DNA from: Clostridia bacterium | GTDB lineage: Bacteria > Bacillota > Clostridia > Oscillospirales > CAG-272 | DNA length: 64,000 nucleotides | Assembly (NCBI GenBank): GCA_017466375.1 | Contig: JAFTUH010000035.1 | Location: 5,555-69,554, forward strand | Direction of reading: 5' to 3' | Part shown: positions 1 to 6,525 of the stretch, one piece after another | Position numbering within the stretch: the stretch's first letter is position 1 | Layout of the letters: each line of letters starts with the position of its first letter | The notes under the pieces: model-generated | Database searches by the model: none | The model's input: only the letters and a program-made list of their open reading frames with translations | Told to the model about the DNA's origin: nothing | Program-made: the position numbers and the translations under genes

Positions 1-2143
1 CTTCGATGTTGCTGATATCTTTCGCCTGTGCATTGCCGGAGAGGACTTTGACAGTCACGTTTCCGTTTGCGGCGATTTCGGGGACACGGACGAGGAAGTT
101 TTCGCCGTCATAGTAGTGGTAGAGGATCTCGCTGTCAAGGAGGAAGCGGACGTCAGCGTAATTCTCCGCAAGGGAGGAGACGCCAGCCACCTCGGGCGAG
201 ACGGAAACGATCGCATCCGTTCCGACAGCATCCGTGCCGTTGTCGATCCGAATCGCAGATTCCGTAGCGAAAGAGGTATCGCCGCCGCCGAAAACATCTT
301 CATAGTACGCATCAATCATGCCGTCCAGCGGAGCGGTGAAATCGGCATCCGTCGAGCTGTGCAGCGTGCAGTGCACTTTGATGTATCTGCCCGTTGCCTC
401 GAAATCGTACAGATAGGTGTACATACCGTCGCGCAGAAGCTTGAAGGACTCCACCTCTGTGTAGGTTTCGTTATCGTCGCTCGTCCAGATTGTGAGGTTG
501 TTCGAGTTCAGTCGGCATACCGTGTCGCTGTCCTTGAGGACGATCACGTTGACTGTTTTAGCTTCCTTCAGATCGCGAACGATACTGTTGTTGTTCTCGT
601 CGAACGTGAATTCGGGCTGATCGGTCGGTTTGGCAACTCCCTTGTACGTGGCAGTATCCTTGCGCACGACGAGAACGTCCTCTTGCGGATTGAGACCGGG
701 TACGAACACGTCAATCGACTTGGAGGTACCGAGGGAGGGAGCCACAGCCGTAAGCGTGATCTTTTTACCGCTTGCTGCAGGCTGGGTCACCTTGCCCGTT
801 GCGGGATCAATTACGGCGGGATCGGAGGAAGACCATTCAATGTCAACAGGGGAAGTGAAGTGCTTGTTGGCAAAAGAGGTGACGAGATTCATGTCATATC
901 TGACAAGCGTCTGCTCGTTGCGCATCTTGCGGATCGTTTCAAACGAGATAGAATCCACAATGCTCTCGCCGTACTCCTTGCCGACGGAGATGCAGGTGAC
1001 GTCGATATCGAAATTGTCCTCTGCGCTCTTGGCAATTTCGGTGCTTCGAAGGAGATTGAATACGATGTTGTTTTCTCCGATCGTATCATGTGCGGTCATT
1101 TCCGCGTTCTCAAATACAGCAACCTGTTCGCCGTCGATATAGAGGATAATATCGCCGTCCGTAGTCCACTTCGTTTCAATGTGGAAGGTATCGCCCTCGT
1201 ATTTGTTCAGAATATACGTGCGGTCGCGGTCGGCGTCACGCAGGGAAAAGACGAGACCGATATCGGTGTTGACAATCGCCATGGTGACGTACGTGGTGCC
1301 TTTGTCACCGGCAGCGGAGATGTACCAGTTGAAGCCGGAAACGATGTACGGATAGAAATCGTTATCGACGCCGAGGCGGTACTCCGGCATGGATTTCGCA
1401 CAGAAGAAAAATCCGAACACTGTATCAGCCGTGCGGTCGCCGAGCGGGGCGTACGTGTCACCCGCATAGGTGAGACGGGAGTACGGTGCGAGCGGATTAT
1501 TTCCGTTCGGATCATAGCGGTCAAAGAAATTATAGCCGCCGGTGATGGTTGTAATGTTCTGGTTCGGCGTAGCCTTGGACTCGGGGTGAACGATGCGCAT
1601 ACCGCCGCGTCGGATGCCCGAGTGATTGTATACTTTGCTAGGATTGTCTGCAATGAACCATTCCTTGGAGGAGAGCACGACCGTGCCTTTCCAGACCGTG
1701 CCGTCTACCGTGATTTCGGCGGGAATCTCCGTTCCGTAATCGTTTACGGTGACACCGATTACGGAGAGATCAATGCCGTATTCCGTAGCCTTTTTGTTGG
1801 TAGCGCTTTTGATTTCTGCATTGCTTTTGGTGATCTCCGTGCCGTTCAGTTTAATCGTGACGGATTCTTTGTTCGGCGTGCGCGTAGTAAGATACAGGGT
1901 AGTCATATTCCAACGCGCACCGAGAAGCACCTCACCGGTGAGAATTGTATGGACAGCCCAGCCTTCTTCGGTGAGCTTGCCGTTAACGCTGATCTTCGTA
2001 TCGCTGTAGGATGCGTAGACCGTTTTGCCTGCAGAGGCTTCGAGTGCTGTGTCATCTGCCTGTACGGGCAGTGCGGGGACTGCACCGAGAAGCAAGACGA
2101 GCGCAAGCGCCGCTGATGTGATCTTTTTCCAGAATGCGTTCAT
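1..2143 (-). CDS. BNR/Asp-box sialidase-like multidomain surface protein, paralog P1 (N-terminal 714 codons only; gene continues past window start)
   Basis: Hand translation of the minus strand from the ATG at 2143-2141 (GGAG RBS upstream) stays open to position 1: MNAFWKKITSAALALVLLLGAVPALPVQADD... It is absent from the ORF track, presumably because there is no stop codon inside the window. It is collinear with P2. In the stretches I aligned by eye (e.g. 90-180 vs 4290-4375, 340-560 vs 4525-4745) roughly nine of ten bases match. Confidence 0.9.
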   Translation of the reverse strand, partial: MNAFWKKITSAALALVLLLGAVPALPVQADDTALEASAGKTVYASYSDTKISVNGKLTEEGWAVHTILTGEVLLGARWNMTTLYLTTRTPNKESVTIKLNGTEITKSNAEIKSATNKKATEYGIDLSVIGVTVNDYGTEIPAEITVDGTVWKGTVVLSSKEWFIADNPSKVYNHSGIRRGGMRIVHPESKATPNQNITTITGGYNFFDRYDPNGNNPLAPYSRLTYAGDTYAPLGDRTADTVFGFFFCAKSMPEYRLGVDNDFYPYIVSGFNWYISAAGDKGTTYVTMAIVNTDIGLVFSLRDADRDRTYILNKYEGDTFHIETKWTTDGDIILYIDGEQVAVFENAEMTAHDTIGENNIVFNLLRSTEIAKSAEDNFDIDVTCISVGKEYGESIVDSISFETIRKMRNEQTLVRYDMNLVTSFANKHFTSPVDIEWSSSDPAVIDPATGKVTQPAASGKKITLTAVAPSLGTSKSIDVFVPGLNPQEDVLVVRKDTATYKGVAKPTDQPEFTFDENNNSIVRDLKEAKTVNVIVLKDSDTVCRLNSNNLTIWTSDDNETYTEVESFKLLRDGMYTYLYDFEATGRYIKVHCTLHSSTDADFTAPLDGMIDAYYEDVFGGGDTSFATESAIRIDNGTDAVGTDAIVSVSPEVAGVSSLAENYADVRFLLDSEILYHYYDGENFLVRVPEIAANGNVTVKVLSGNAQAKDISNIE

Positions 2144-2184
2144 GTGATTTCTCCTTGAGAATGTTTTTTGTGGGACATAGATGC

Positions 2185-2214
2185 ATTATAGCAAATTGTT
2201 GCATGTATTGTCAA
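2185..2214 (-). promoter_or_regulatory. P1 promoter, sigma70-type with extended -10
   Basis: The minus strand reads TTGACA-atacatgcaacaatttgc-TATAAT (18-nt spacer, TGc immediately before the -10). It lies ~40 nt upstream of the ATG. Confidence 0.7.
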
Positions 2215-2302
2215 GCAAAAAATGAGTGAATTTTGTTAAAAAACAACGAAAATTTGTTGAATCGTAAAAACTCGATATTGTCCTGTAAAAATATGATATT
2301 TT

Positions 2303-2339
2303 TGCAAACAAAACACGGTCAGCCGTAAGACTGACCGTG
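2303..2339 (-). terminator. Intrinsic terminator after P2
   Basis: Stem cacggtcag/ctgaccgtg (2314-2322 / 2331-2339), followed on the minus strand by TTTTGTTTG. Confidence 0.8.
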
Positions 2340-2357
2340 CAGAGTTGTTTAGGCGGA

Positions 2358-5300
2358 TTATTTTTTGCGTTTTGCGAAGAATACGCCGGCAGCTGCAGCG
2401 CCTATGGCGATAACAGCACCTATGATGATCCAGAGCGTCGGGGATGCATTGTCCTTGTCACTGTCGGTAGAGTCGCCGGTGTTTGCGGGATCGCCTGTGT
2501 TGGCAGGATCATCCGTGTCGGGCGTAGTGGTGCCGGGAACAGATACAGATGCTACGGTAGGATATGCCGTGCCTGCATCCATGTCCTCGACAACAAACGC
2601 GTCGAGGTAATACGTAAGCGCCCCTTGGCATACGACATGCACGTAGCATACGTAAGCACCGATCTCCGCCTCTACGGGAACGGCAAAAGAATCACCGCCA
2701 TTGACGGAAAGCGTTGCGCTCGGTATATCTGCGGAAAGAGCGAGATCGAATTCAAAGTGGTTCCAGCCGTTCTTCAGTATGCCGTCCTTACTTTCACCGC
2801 GGAGAAGTGCAATCGAGTTGCCGCTGAGTGCAAAGCCGATCGGGGAAGCCTTGCCGTAATCGGGGCCGTGGGATGCTTCAAGCTCCAGCGTGAGACGCGC
2901 CTTCGTTACGTCCTCGATATACAGATCAAACGCGATCTTGCCGTCTCGTACCTCGGGGAGGGAACGGACAGCAGCGGCACCGGGGGTAAACATCAGCGAT
3001 TTCTCACCGACAGATGCCTGTGCGTTGGAAGTTTCAACCTGACCGCCCGTCGTTGCCCAGCCTTCATATTCCGTCGTGGAATTTTCAAAGGAGTCATACG
3101 CACCTTTCGTGCGGAAGAAGTAATCCATGAAATTGTAAACGTATACGAAGCGGTACTGGTTTCCTTCCGTGATCGAGTCGCTGATGGACGACACAAACAT
3201 GGTGTCACCGGCGACGTTCACATTCGGGTTCATGGCGTTGATGCAGTTGCTGTTGACCATGCCTTGATAATCCGTTCTGAGGAAGAGGTCCTGAATATCC
3301 GTGAAGTTGTACAGCCCGTCATAGGAGACAGCAACGTTCAGCGGATATCTTCTGTAGGAGCCGCCGCCGTAGACGTTGTTGCCGCCCCATATGATAAAGC
3401 TGTGACCGTCCATCTTGAAGAGTTCAGGCTGGGTGTTTGTAGCATAGATGTTGGAAAGTTCAGCCTCATCCGACCACGTTCTGCCGAAGTCGTAGGATAC
3501 GCCGTAAGCGAAGTGGAGCGTTTCTTCATATTGGCAGCGGGAGTAGAGGAACAGAACGCCGTCTTCATTTTCCATGACAGAGGGCTCACACAGACCGTGT
3601 TCACGGATATGATCCTGATCGTCACCGCCGTAGTAGCGGACAGCATCTGCGCTCATTGTCCAGGTTTTACCGTTGTCCGTCGTGTAGAGGACGGTCATTT
3701 CGCGGTGCTCATAGGGATTACCGTAGTGCTCTCTCATCAACTTGGAGTCGCGGGCTGTTGCGATGACAAAGTCCACATTCGGGCCCTCCTCGCCGTCGTA
3801 AGAGGAGACCTTAACAATATCGGAATACGTATGACGGAAGATATCGCCGGGGGTTTCATAGTTGATTTCCGCTTTGTGCCAGAGCTTACCGTTGTTGTCG
3901 GAGTATACGATGGCAGCCACATTTTCACCGTTTACCTTCTTATATCCTTGTACAAAAATGCGTCCCGTTACCTCATCGTAGCCTGAACCGTGCGGGTTTT
4001 GAAATACACCGTTGTTTATTCCCTGCATAATTCTGTGTGGAGATCTGGTGATACCGCCGTCCTGCGAGATAAAGTAGGTTGGCTGTCCATCCGCATGGAA
4101 GCCCATCAGCATACCGTTGTTCAGTTCAATGTAATATACGCCGCGGTAGCTGGAGTCCGTCTCGCGCGTGCCGTACATGACTTCATAGATCGCTTCGATG
4201 TTACCGATATCCTTCGCGTTCGCATTGCCGGAGAGAACTTTAACAGTCACGCTCTTGCCTGCCTCGATATCCGGTACGCGAACGAGGAAGTTTTCACCAT
4301 CGTAGTAGTGGTAGAGGATCTCGCCGTCAAGGAGGAAGCGGACATCAGCGTAATTCTCCGCGAGGGAGGAGACGCCTGCCACTTCAGGCGTGACCGTGGC
4401 GATAGTATCCATGATAGCGGTATCTGTGCCGTTGTCTATACGGATCGCAGATTCCGTAGCGAAAGCGGTATCGCCTCCGCCGAAAACCTCCTCATAGTAT
4501 GCGTTGATCATGCCGTCGAGCGGGGCGGTGAAGTCGGCGTCCGTCGAGCTGTGCAGCGTGAAGTGCACCTTGAAGTATCTGCCCGTTGCCTCAAAATCAT
4601 ACAGATATGTATACATACCGTCGCGCAGAAGCTTGAAGGATTTCACCTCGGTGTATGTTTCGTTATCGTCGCTCGTCCAGATCGTAAGGTTGTTCGAGTT
4701 CAGGCGGCAGACGGTATCGCTGTCCTTGAGGACGATCACATTCACCGCTTTCGATTCCTTCAGATCGCGGACGATACTGTTGTTGGTCTCATCTAATGTG
4801 AATTCGGCAACATCCAGCGCGGACGCCTTTCCTTTGTAGGCAGCGGTGTCTTTTCGCACGACGAGGATGTCCCCCTGCGGTGCGAGACCGGGAACGAACA
4901 CGTCAATCGATTTGGACGTGCCGAGGGAGGGAGCTGTTGCCGTGAGCGTGACGAGCTTCCCGCTTGCCGCAGGCTGGGTCACCTTACCCGTTGCGGGATC
5001 AATTACAGAAGGATCGGAGGATGCCCATTCGATTGCAACGGGAGTGGTGAAATGTTCGTTTGCAAAAGAGGTGACAAGATTCAGATCTCTTTTTACAAAA
5101 TCCTGCTCGTTGCCCTGATTGCGGATCGTTTCAAACGAGACGGAATCCACGATGCTCTCGCCATAGTATTTACCGAAGGAGAGACCGGTGACATTGATAT
5201 CGAAGGTATCCTCTTCACTCTTTGCCGGTTCCACGCTGCGCAGGAGGGTGAACAAAATGTAATTTGTGAAGATTGAGCTGTTTGCGGACATTTCCGCATC

Positions 5301-6350
5301 CTCGAAAACAGCGACCTGCGCACCGTCGATGTAGAGAATCAAATCACCTTCCGTTGTCCACTGCGTTTCGATGTAGAAGGTGTCGCCTTCGTATTTGTTC
5401 AGAATATACGTGCGGTCGCGGTCAGCATCGCGCACAACAAAAACAAGCCCGATATCCGTGTTGACGATCGCCATGGTGACGTACGTGGTACCTTTGTCAC
5501 CGGCGGCGGAGATGTACCAGTTGAATCCCGCCATCAGGTGCGGATAGAAATCGTTGTCTGTGCCGAGTCGGTACTCGGGCATAGAGTTGGCACAGAAGAA
5601 GAAGCCGAACACCGTATCAGCCGTGCGATCTGCGAGCGAAGCGTACGTATCACCGGAGCAGATGAGTCGAGAGAAGGGTGCAGGAGGATTCTCTCCGTTC
5701 GGATCGTAGCGGTCGAAGAAATTATAGCCGCCCGTAATGGTTTTGATGTTCTGGTTATCTGTAGCCTTGGATTCGGGATGAATAATGCGCAACCCGCCGC
5801 GCTGAACGGCAGCGGTGGGATACGCTTTGCTTGGATTACTGGTAGCAAACAACTCTTTGGAGGAGAGGATGACCGTGCCTTCCCAGACCGTTTCGCCTAC
5901 CGTAATTTCAGCAGGGATCTCAACACCGTAATCGTTCACAGTGACACCGATCGCGGAGAACGGTACGGAAAGTTCCGTGCTGGATTTGCCTGTAGCACGA
6001 ACGGTATAGCTTTTGATTTTCGCATTCGATTCGGTGAGCTGCGTGCCGTTCAGCGTGACGGAGATTTCCTTCTTATCTGTTGTGTATACAGCGAGATACA
6101 GATTTTCCGCGTTCCACTGTGCACCGATAAGGATATCGTCCTCAGCGTGTGTGGAAAGAGCCCAGCCGCTGTCGGTGAGCTTGCCGTTGACGGTGATTTT
6201 ATCCTTCGAAAACGATGCGAGTACGGTCGAGGAGTGAACCGATTCTTCTGGCGGAGCTTCATCTGCGCGGGCAGGTATAGCGGGCAGTGCGCCGAGAAGC
6301 AGGAATACAGCGAGTGCTGCCGATGTAAGTTTTTTCCGGATTGCGTTCAT
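2358..6350 (-). CDS. BNR/Asp-box sialidase-like multidomain surface protein, paralog P2 (1330 aa)
   Basis: Track ORF 2358..6389. I prefer the internal ATG at 6350 (MNAIRKKLTSAALAVFLLLGALPAIPARA), which has a GGAG RBS and a signal peptide. Asp boxes: SDNNGKLW, TTDNGKTW, SYDFGRTW, plus a degenerate SQDGGITR. C-terminal TM helix followed by a KRKK tail. Confidence 0.93.
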   Translation of the reverse strand: MNAIRKKLTSAALAVFLLLGALPAIPARADEAPPEESVHSSTVLASFSKDKITVNGKLTDSGWALSTHAEDDILIGAQWNAENLYLAVYTTDKKEISVTLNGTQLTESNAKIKSYTVRATGKSSTELSVPFSAIGVTVNDYGVEIPAEITVGETVWEGTVILSSKELFATSNPSKAYPTAAVQRGGLRIIHPESKATDNQNIKTITGGYNFFDRYDPNGENPPAPFSRLICSGDTYASLADRTADTVFGFFFCANSMPEYRLGTDNDFYPHLMAGFNWYISAAGDKGTTYVTMAIVNTDIGLVFVVRDADRDRTYILNKYEGDTFYIETQWTTEGDLILYIDGAQVAVFEDAEMSANSSIFTNYILFTLLRSVEPAKSEEDTFDINVTGLSFGKYYGESIVDSVSFETIRNQGNEQDFVKRDLNLVTSFANEHFTTPVAIEWASSDPSVIDPATGKVTQPAASGKLVTLTATAPSLGTSKSIDVFVPGLAPQGDILVVRKDTAAYKGKASALDVAEFTLDETNNSIVRDLKESKAVNVIVLKDSDTVCRLNSNNLTIWTSDDNETYTEVKSFKLLRDGMYTYLYDFEATGRYFKVHFTLHSSTDADFTAPLDGMINAYYEEVFGGGDTAFATESAIRIDNGTDTAIMDTIATVTPEVAGVSSLAENYADVRFLLDGEILYHYYDGENFLVRVPDIEAGKSVTVKVLSGNANAKDIGNIEAIYEVMYGTRETDSSYRGVYYIELNNGMLMGFHADGQPTYFISQDGGITRSPHRIMQGINNGVFQNPHGSGYDEVTGRIFVQGYKKVNGENVAAIVYSDNNGKLWHKAEINYETPGDIFRHTYSDIVKVSSYDGEEGPNVDFVIATARDSKLMREHYGNPYEHREMTVLYTTDNGKTWTMSADAVRYYGGDDQDHIREHGLCEPSVMENEDGVLFLYSRCQYEETLHFAYGVSYDFGRTWSDEAELSNIYATNTQPELFKMDGHSFIIWGGNNVYGGGSYRRYPLNVAVSYDGLYNFTDIQDLFLRTDYQGMVNSNCINAMNPNVNVAGDTMFVSSISDSITEGNQYRFVYVYNFMDYFFRTKGAYDSFENSTTEYEGWATTGGQVETSNAQASVGEKSLMFTPGAAAVRSLPEVRDGKIAFDLYIEDVTKARLTLELEASHGPDYGKASPIGFALSGNSIALLRGESKDGILKNGWNHFEFDLALSADIPSATLSVNGGDSFAVPVEAEIGAYVCYVHVVCQGALTYYLDAFVVEDMDAGTAYPTVASVSVPGTTTPDTDDPANTGDPANTGDSTDSDKDNASPTLWIIIGAVIAIGAAAAGVFFAKRKK
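2361..2576 (-). other. P2 low-complexity linker plus C-terminal TM anchor
   Basis: A Pro/Thr/Asp/Gly-rich linker containing DPANTG repeats is followed by SPTLWIIIGAVIAIGAAAAGVFFAKRKK. Confidence 0.75.
2475..2510 (-). repeat. 18-bp in-frame tandem repeat, 2 copies (DPANTG x2) in the P2 linker
   Basis: Hand translation of 2510->2475 gives DPANTGDPANTG. Confidence 0.9.
2577..3104 (-). other. P2 C-terminal jelly-roll (lectin/CBM-like) module
   Basis: FFRTKGAYDSFEN...EGW...SLMFTPGAAAVRSLP...GKIAFDLYIED...NGWNHFEFDL...YYLDAFVVEDMD is conserved in all seven complete paralogs. Confidence 0.45.
3105..4157 (-). other. P2 six-bladed-propeller-like BNR/sialidase-superfamily domain
   Basis: Asp boxes lie at aa 775-782, 830-837, 903-910 (nt 3660-3683, checked by hand translation) and 965-972, in the 1343-aa numbering of track ORF 2358..6389 (i.e. 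counted from 6389). Other sialidase-like motifs are CEPSVMENEDGVLFLYSR (E...E..DG.l....R) and SYRRYPLNVAVSYDG (R..l.v.vS.D.G). Confidence 0.7.
4164..4472 (-). other. P2 DUF2341-like beta-sandwich
   Basis: ADVRFLLDGEILYHYYDGENFLVRVPDIEAGKSVTVKVLSGNANA resembles the DUF2341 signature (D-x-RF...L-x-Y....vWVkvp.i......yyGn). Confidence 0.5.
4485..4877 (-). other. P2 F5/8 type C (discoidin/CBM32-like) module
   Basis: RDLKESKAVNVIVLKDSD...LTIWTSDDNETYTEV...YLYDFEATGRYFKVHF matches the discoidin-domain pattern (vDLg...v..i.l......i..S.Dg..w..v). Confidence 0.6.
4881..5096 (-). other. P2 bacterial Ig-like module
   Basis: The signature L-x-L-x-T-...-I-x-W-x-SSDPSVIDPATGKVTQP...LVTLTATA...K-x-I-D-V-F-V is typical of small Ig-like modules in Firmicute glycosidases. 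Confidence 0.55.
5160..5807 (-). other. P2 ConA/LamG-like jelly-roll module
   Basis: A segment of about 215 aa (GGYNFFDRY...ADTVFGFFFCANSMP...MAIVNTDIGLVF...GDLILYIDG...FDINVTGLSFGKYYG) with the alternating beta-strand character typical of lectin/glucanase folds. No HMM search was run. Confidence 0.45.
5859..6227 (-). other. P2 N-terminal beta-sandwich, CBM9/DOMON-like
   Basis: The pattern ...VNGKLTDSGWAL...GAQWNAENLYLAV...VTLNG... recurs in all paralogs. It resembles the family-9 carbohydrate-binding signature (W...W-D/N-x-x-x-LY-L/V). Assigned by eye only. Confidence 0.45.
6264..6350 (-). other. P2 signal peptide (representative domain map)
   Basis: A basic N-terminus, a hydrophobic core LTSAALAVFLLLGALPAIPA and an ARA/DE cleavage-like site. 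Confidence 0.7.
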
Positions 6351-6387
6351 GAGAATTCTCCTCAATTTGATATTAAAATACATATTC

Positions 6388-6417
6388 ATTATAACAAAGC
6401 AAAATATCCATTGTCAA
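6388..6417 (-). promoter_or_regulatory. P2 promoter, sigma70-type with extended -10
   Basis: The minus strand reads TTGACA-atggatattttgctttgt-TATAAT (18-nt spacer, TGt before the -10). Confidence 0.7.
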
Positions 6418-6473
6418 GAAAGTATACGGACGGATTTAATTGCTCTTGTCCTTGGGTTTGATTTGAAAAGCGC

Positions 6474-6506
6474 AGAAAAACACGGCCAGCCGTCAGGCTG
6501 ACCGTG
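6474..6506 (-). terminator. Intrinsic terminator after P3
   Basis: Stem cacggccag/ctgaccgtg (one non-Watson-Crick position) followed by TTTTT on the minus strand. It is homologous to the P2 terminator. Confidence 0.75.
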
Positions 6507-6525
6507 CAGAAGAGTATTATGCGGA

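Noticed and set aside
116-2116. Long plus-strand ORFs opposite the paralog array and opposite housekeeping genes. Examples: 116..2116, 2337..3986, 3990..4796, 5538..6461, 6841..8418, 9265..10584, 12982..15183, 15446..17155, 19967..21346, 21428..23290, 24523..28275, 29638..30909, 31411..32829, 33212..34678, 34605..35747, 47953..49425, 50473..52056, 55692..56801.
   Set aside because: Those I checked are codon-aligned antisense shadows of well-supported genes, so stops there would require sense TTA, CTA or TCA codons, which this genome avoids. Their translations are low-complexity and Arg/Val/Gly-rich with no recognisable motifs, and I did not see a convincing RBS. The opposite strand has clear family signatures.
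2361-2447. LPXTG sortase anchoring of the paralog proteins.
   Set aside because: No LPXTG, NPQTN or similar pentapeptide precedes the TM helix in any copy. Only a loose P-x-x-W motif is present, and no sortase gene is in the window.
6351-6389. Longest-ORF start codons that give N-terminal extensions: P2 at 6389, P4 at 15357, P7 at 28695, AGE at 34675, nanA TTG at 35582, gntR at 36368, mutL at 41017, tig at 49323, phosphoesterase at 50493, rnhB at 54176, rpsT at 57024, XRE at 57756, TM2 at 57673, GH43 at 58407 and the membrane protein at 60424.
   Set aside because: In most cases an internal start 4-10 nt downstream of a GGAG/GGAGG-type RBS (a weaker AAGG or AGGA for nanA, gntR and XRE) gives a normal signal peptide or the family-typical N-terminus. 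For rnhB the internal ATG at 54008 was chosen from its family-typical N-terminus alone. The extensions would run through promoters or terminators, or into neighbouring genes.
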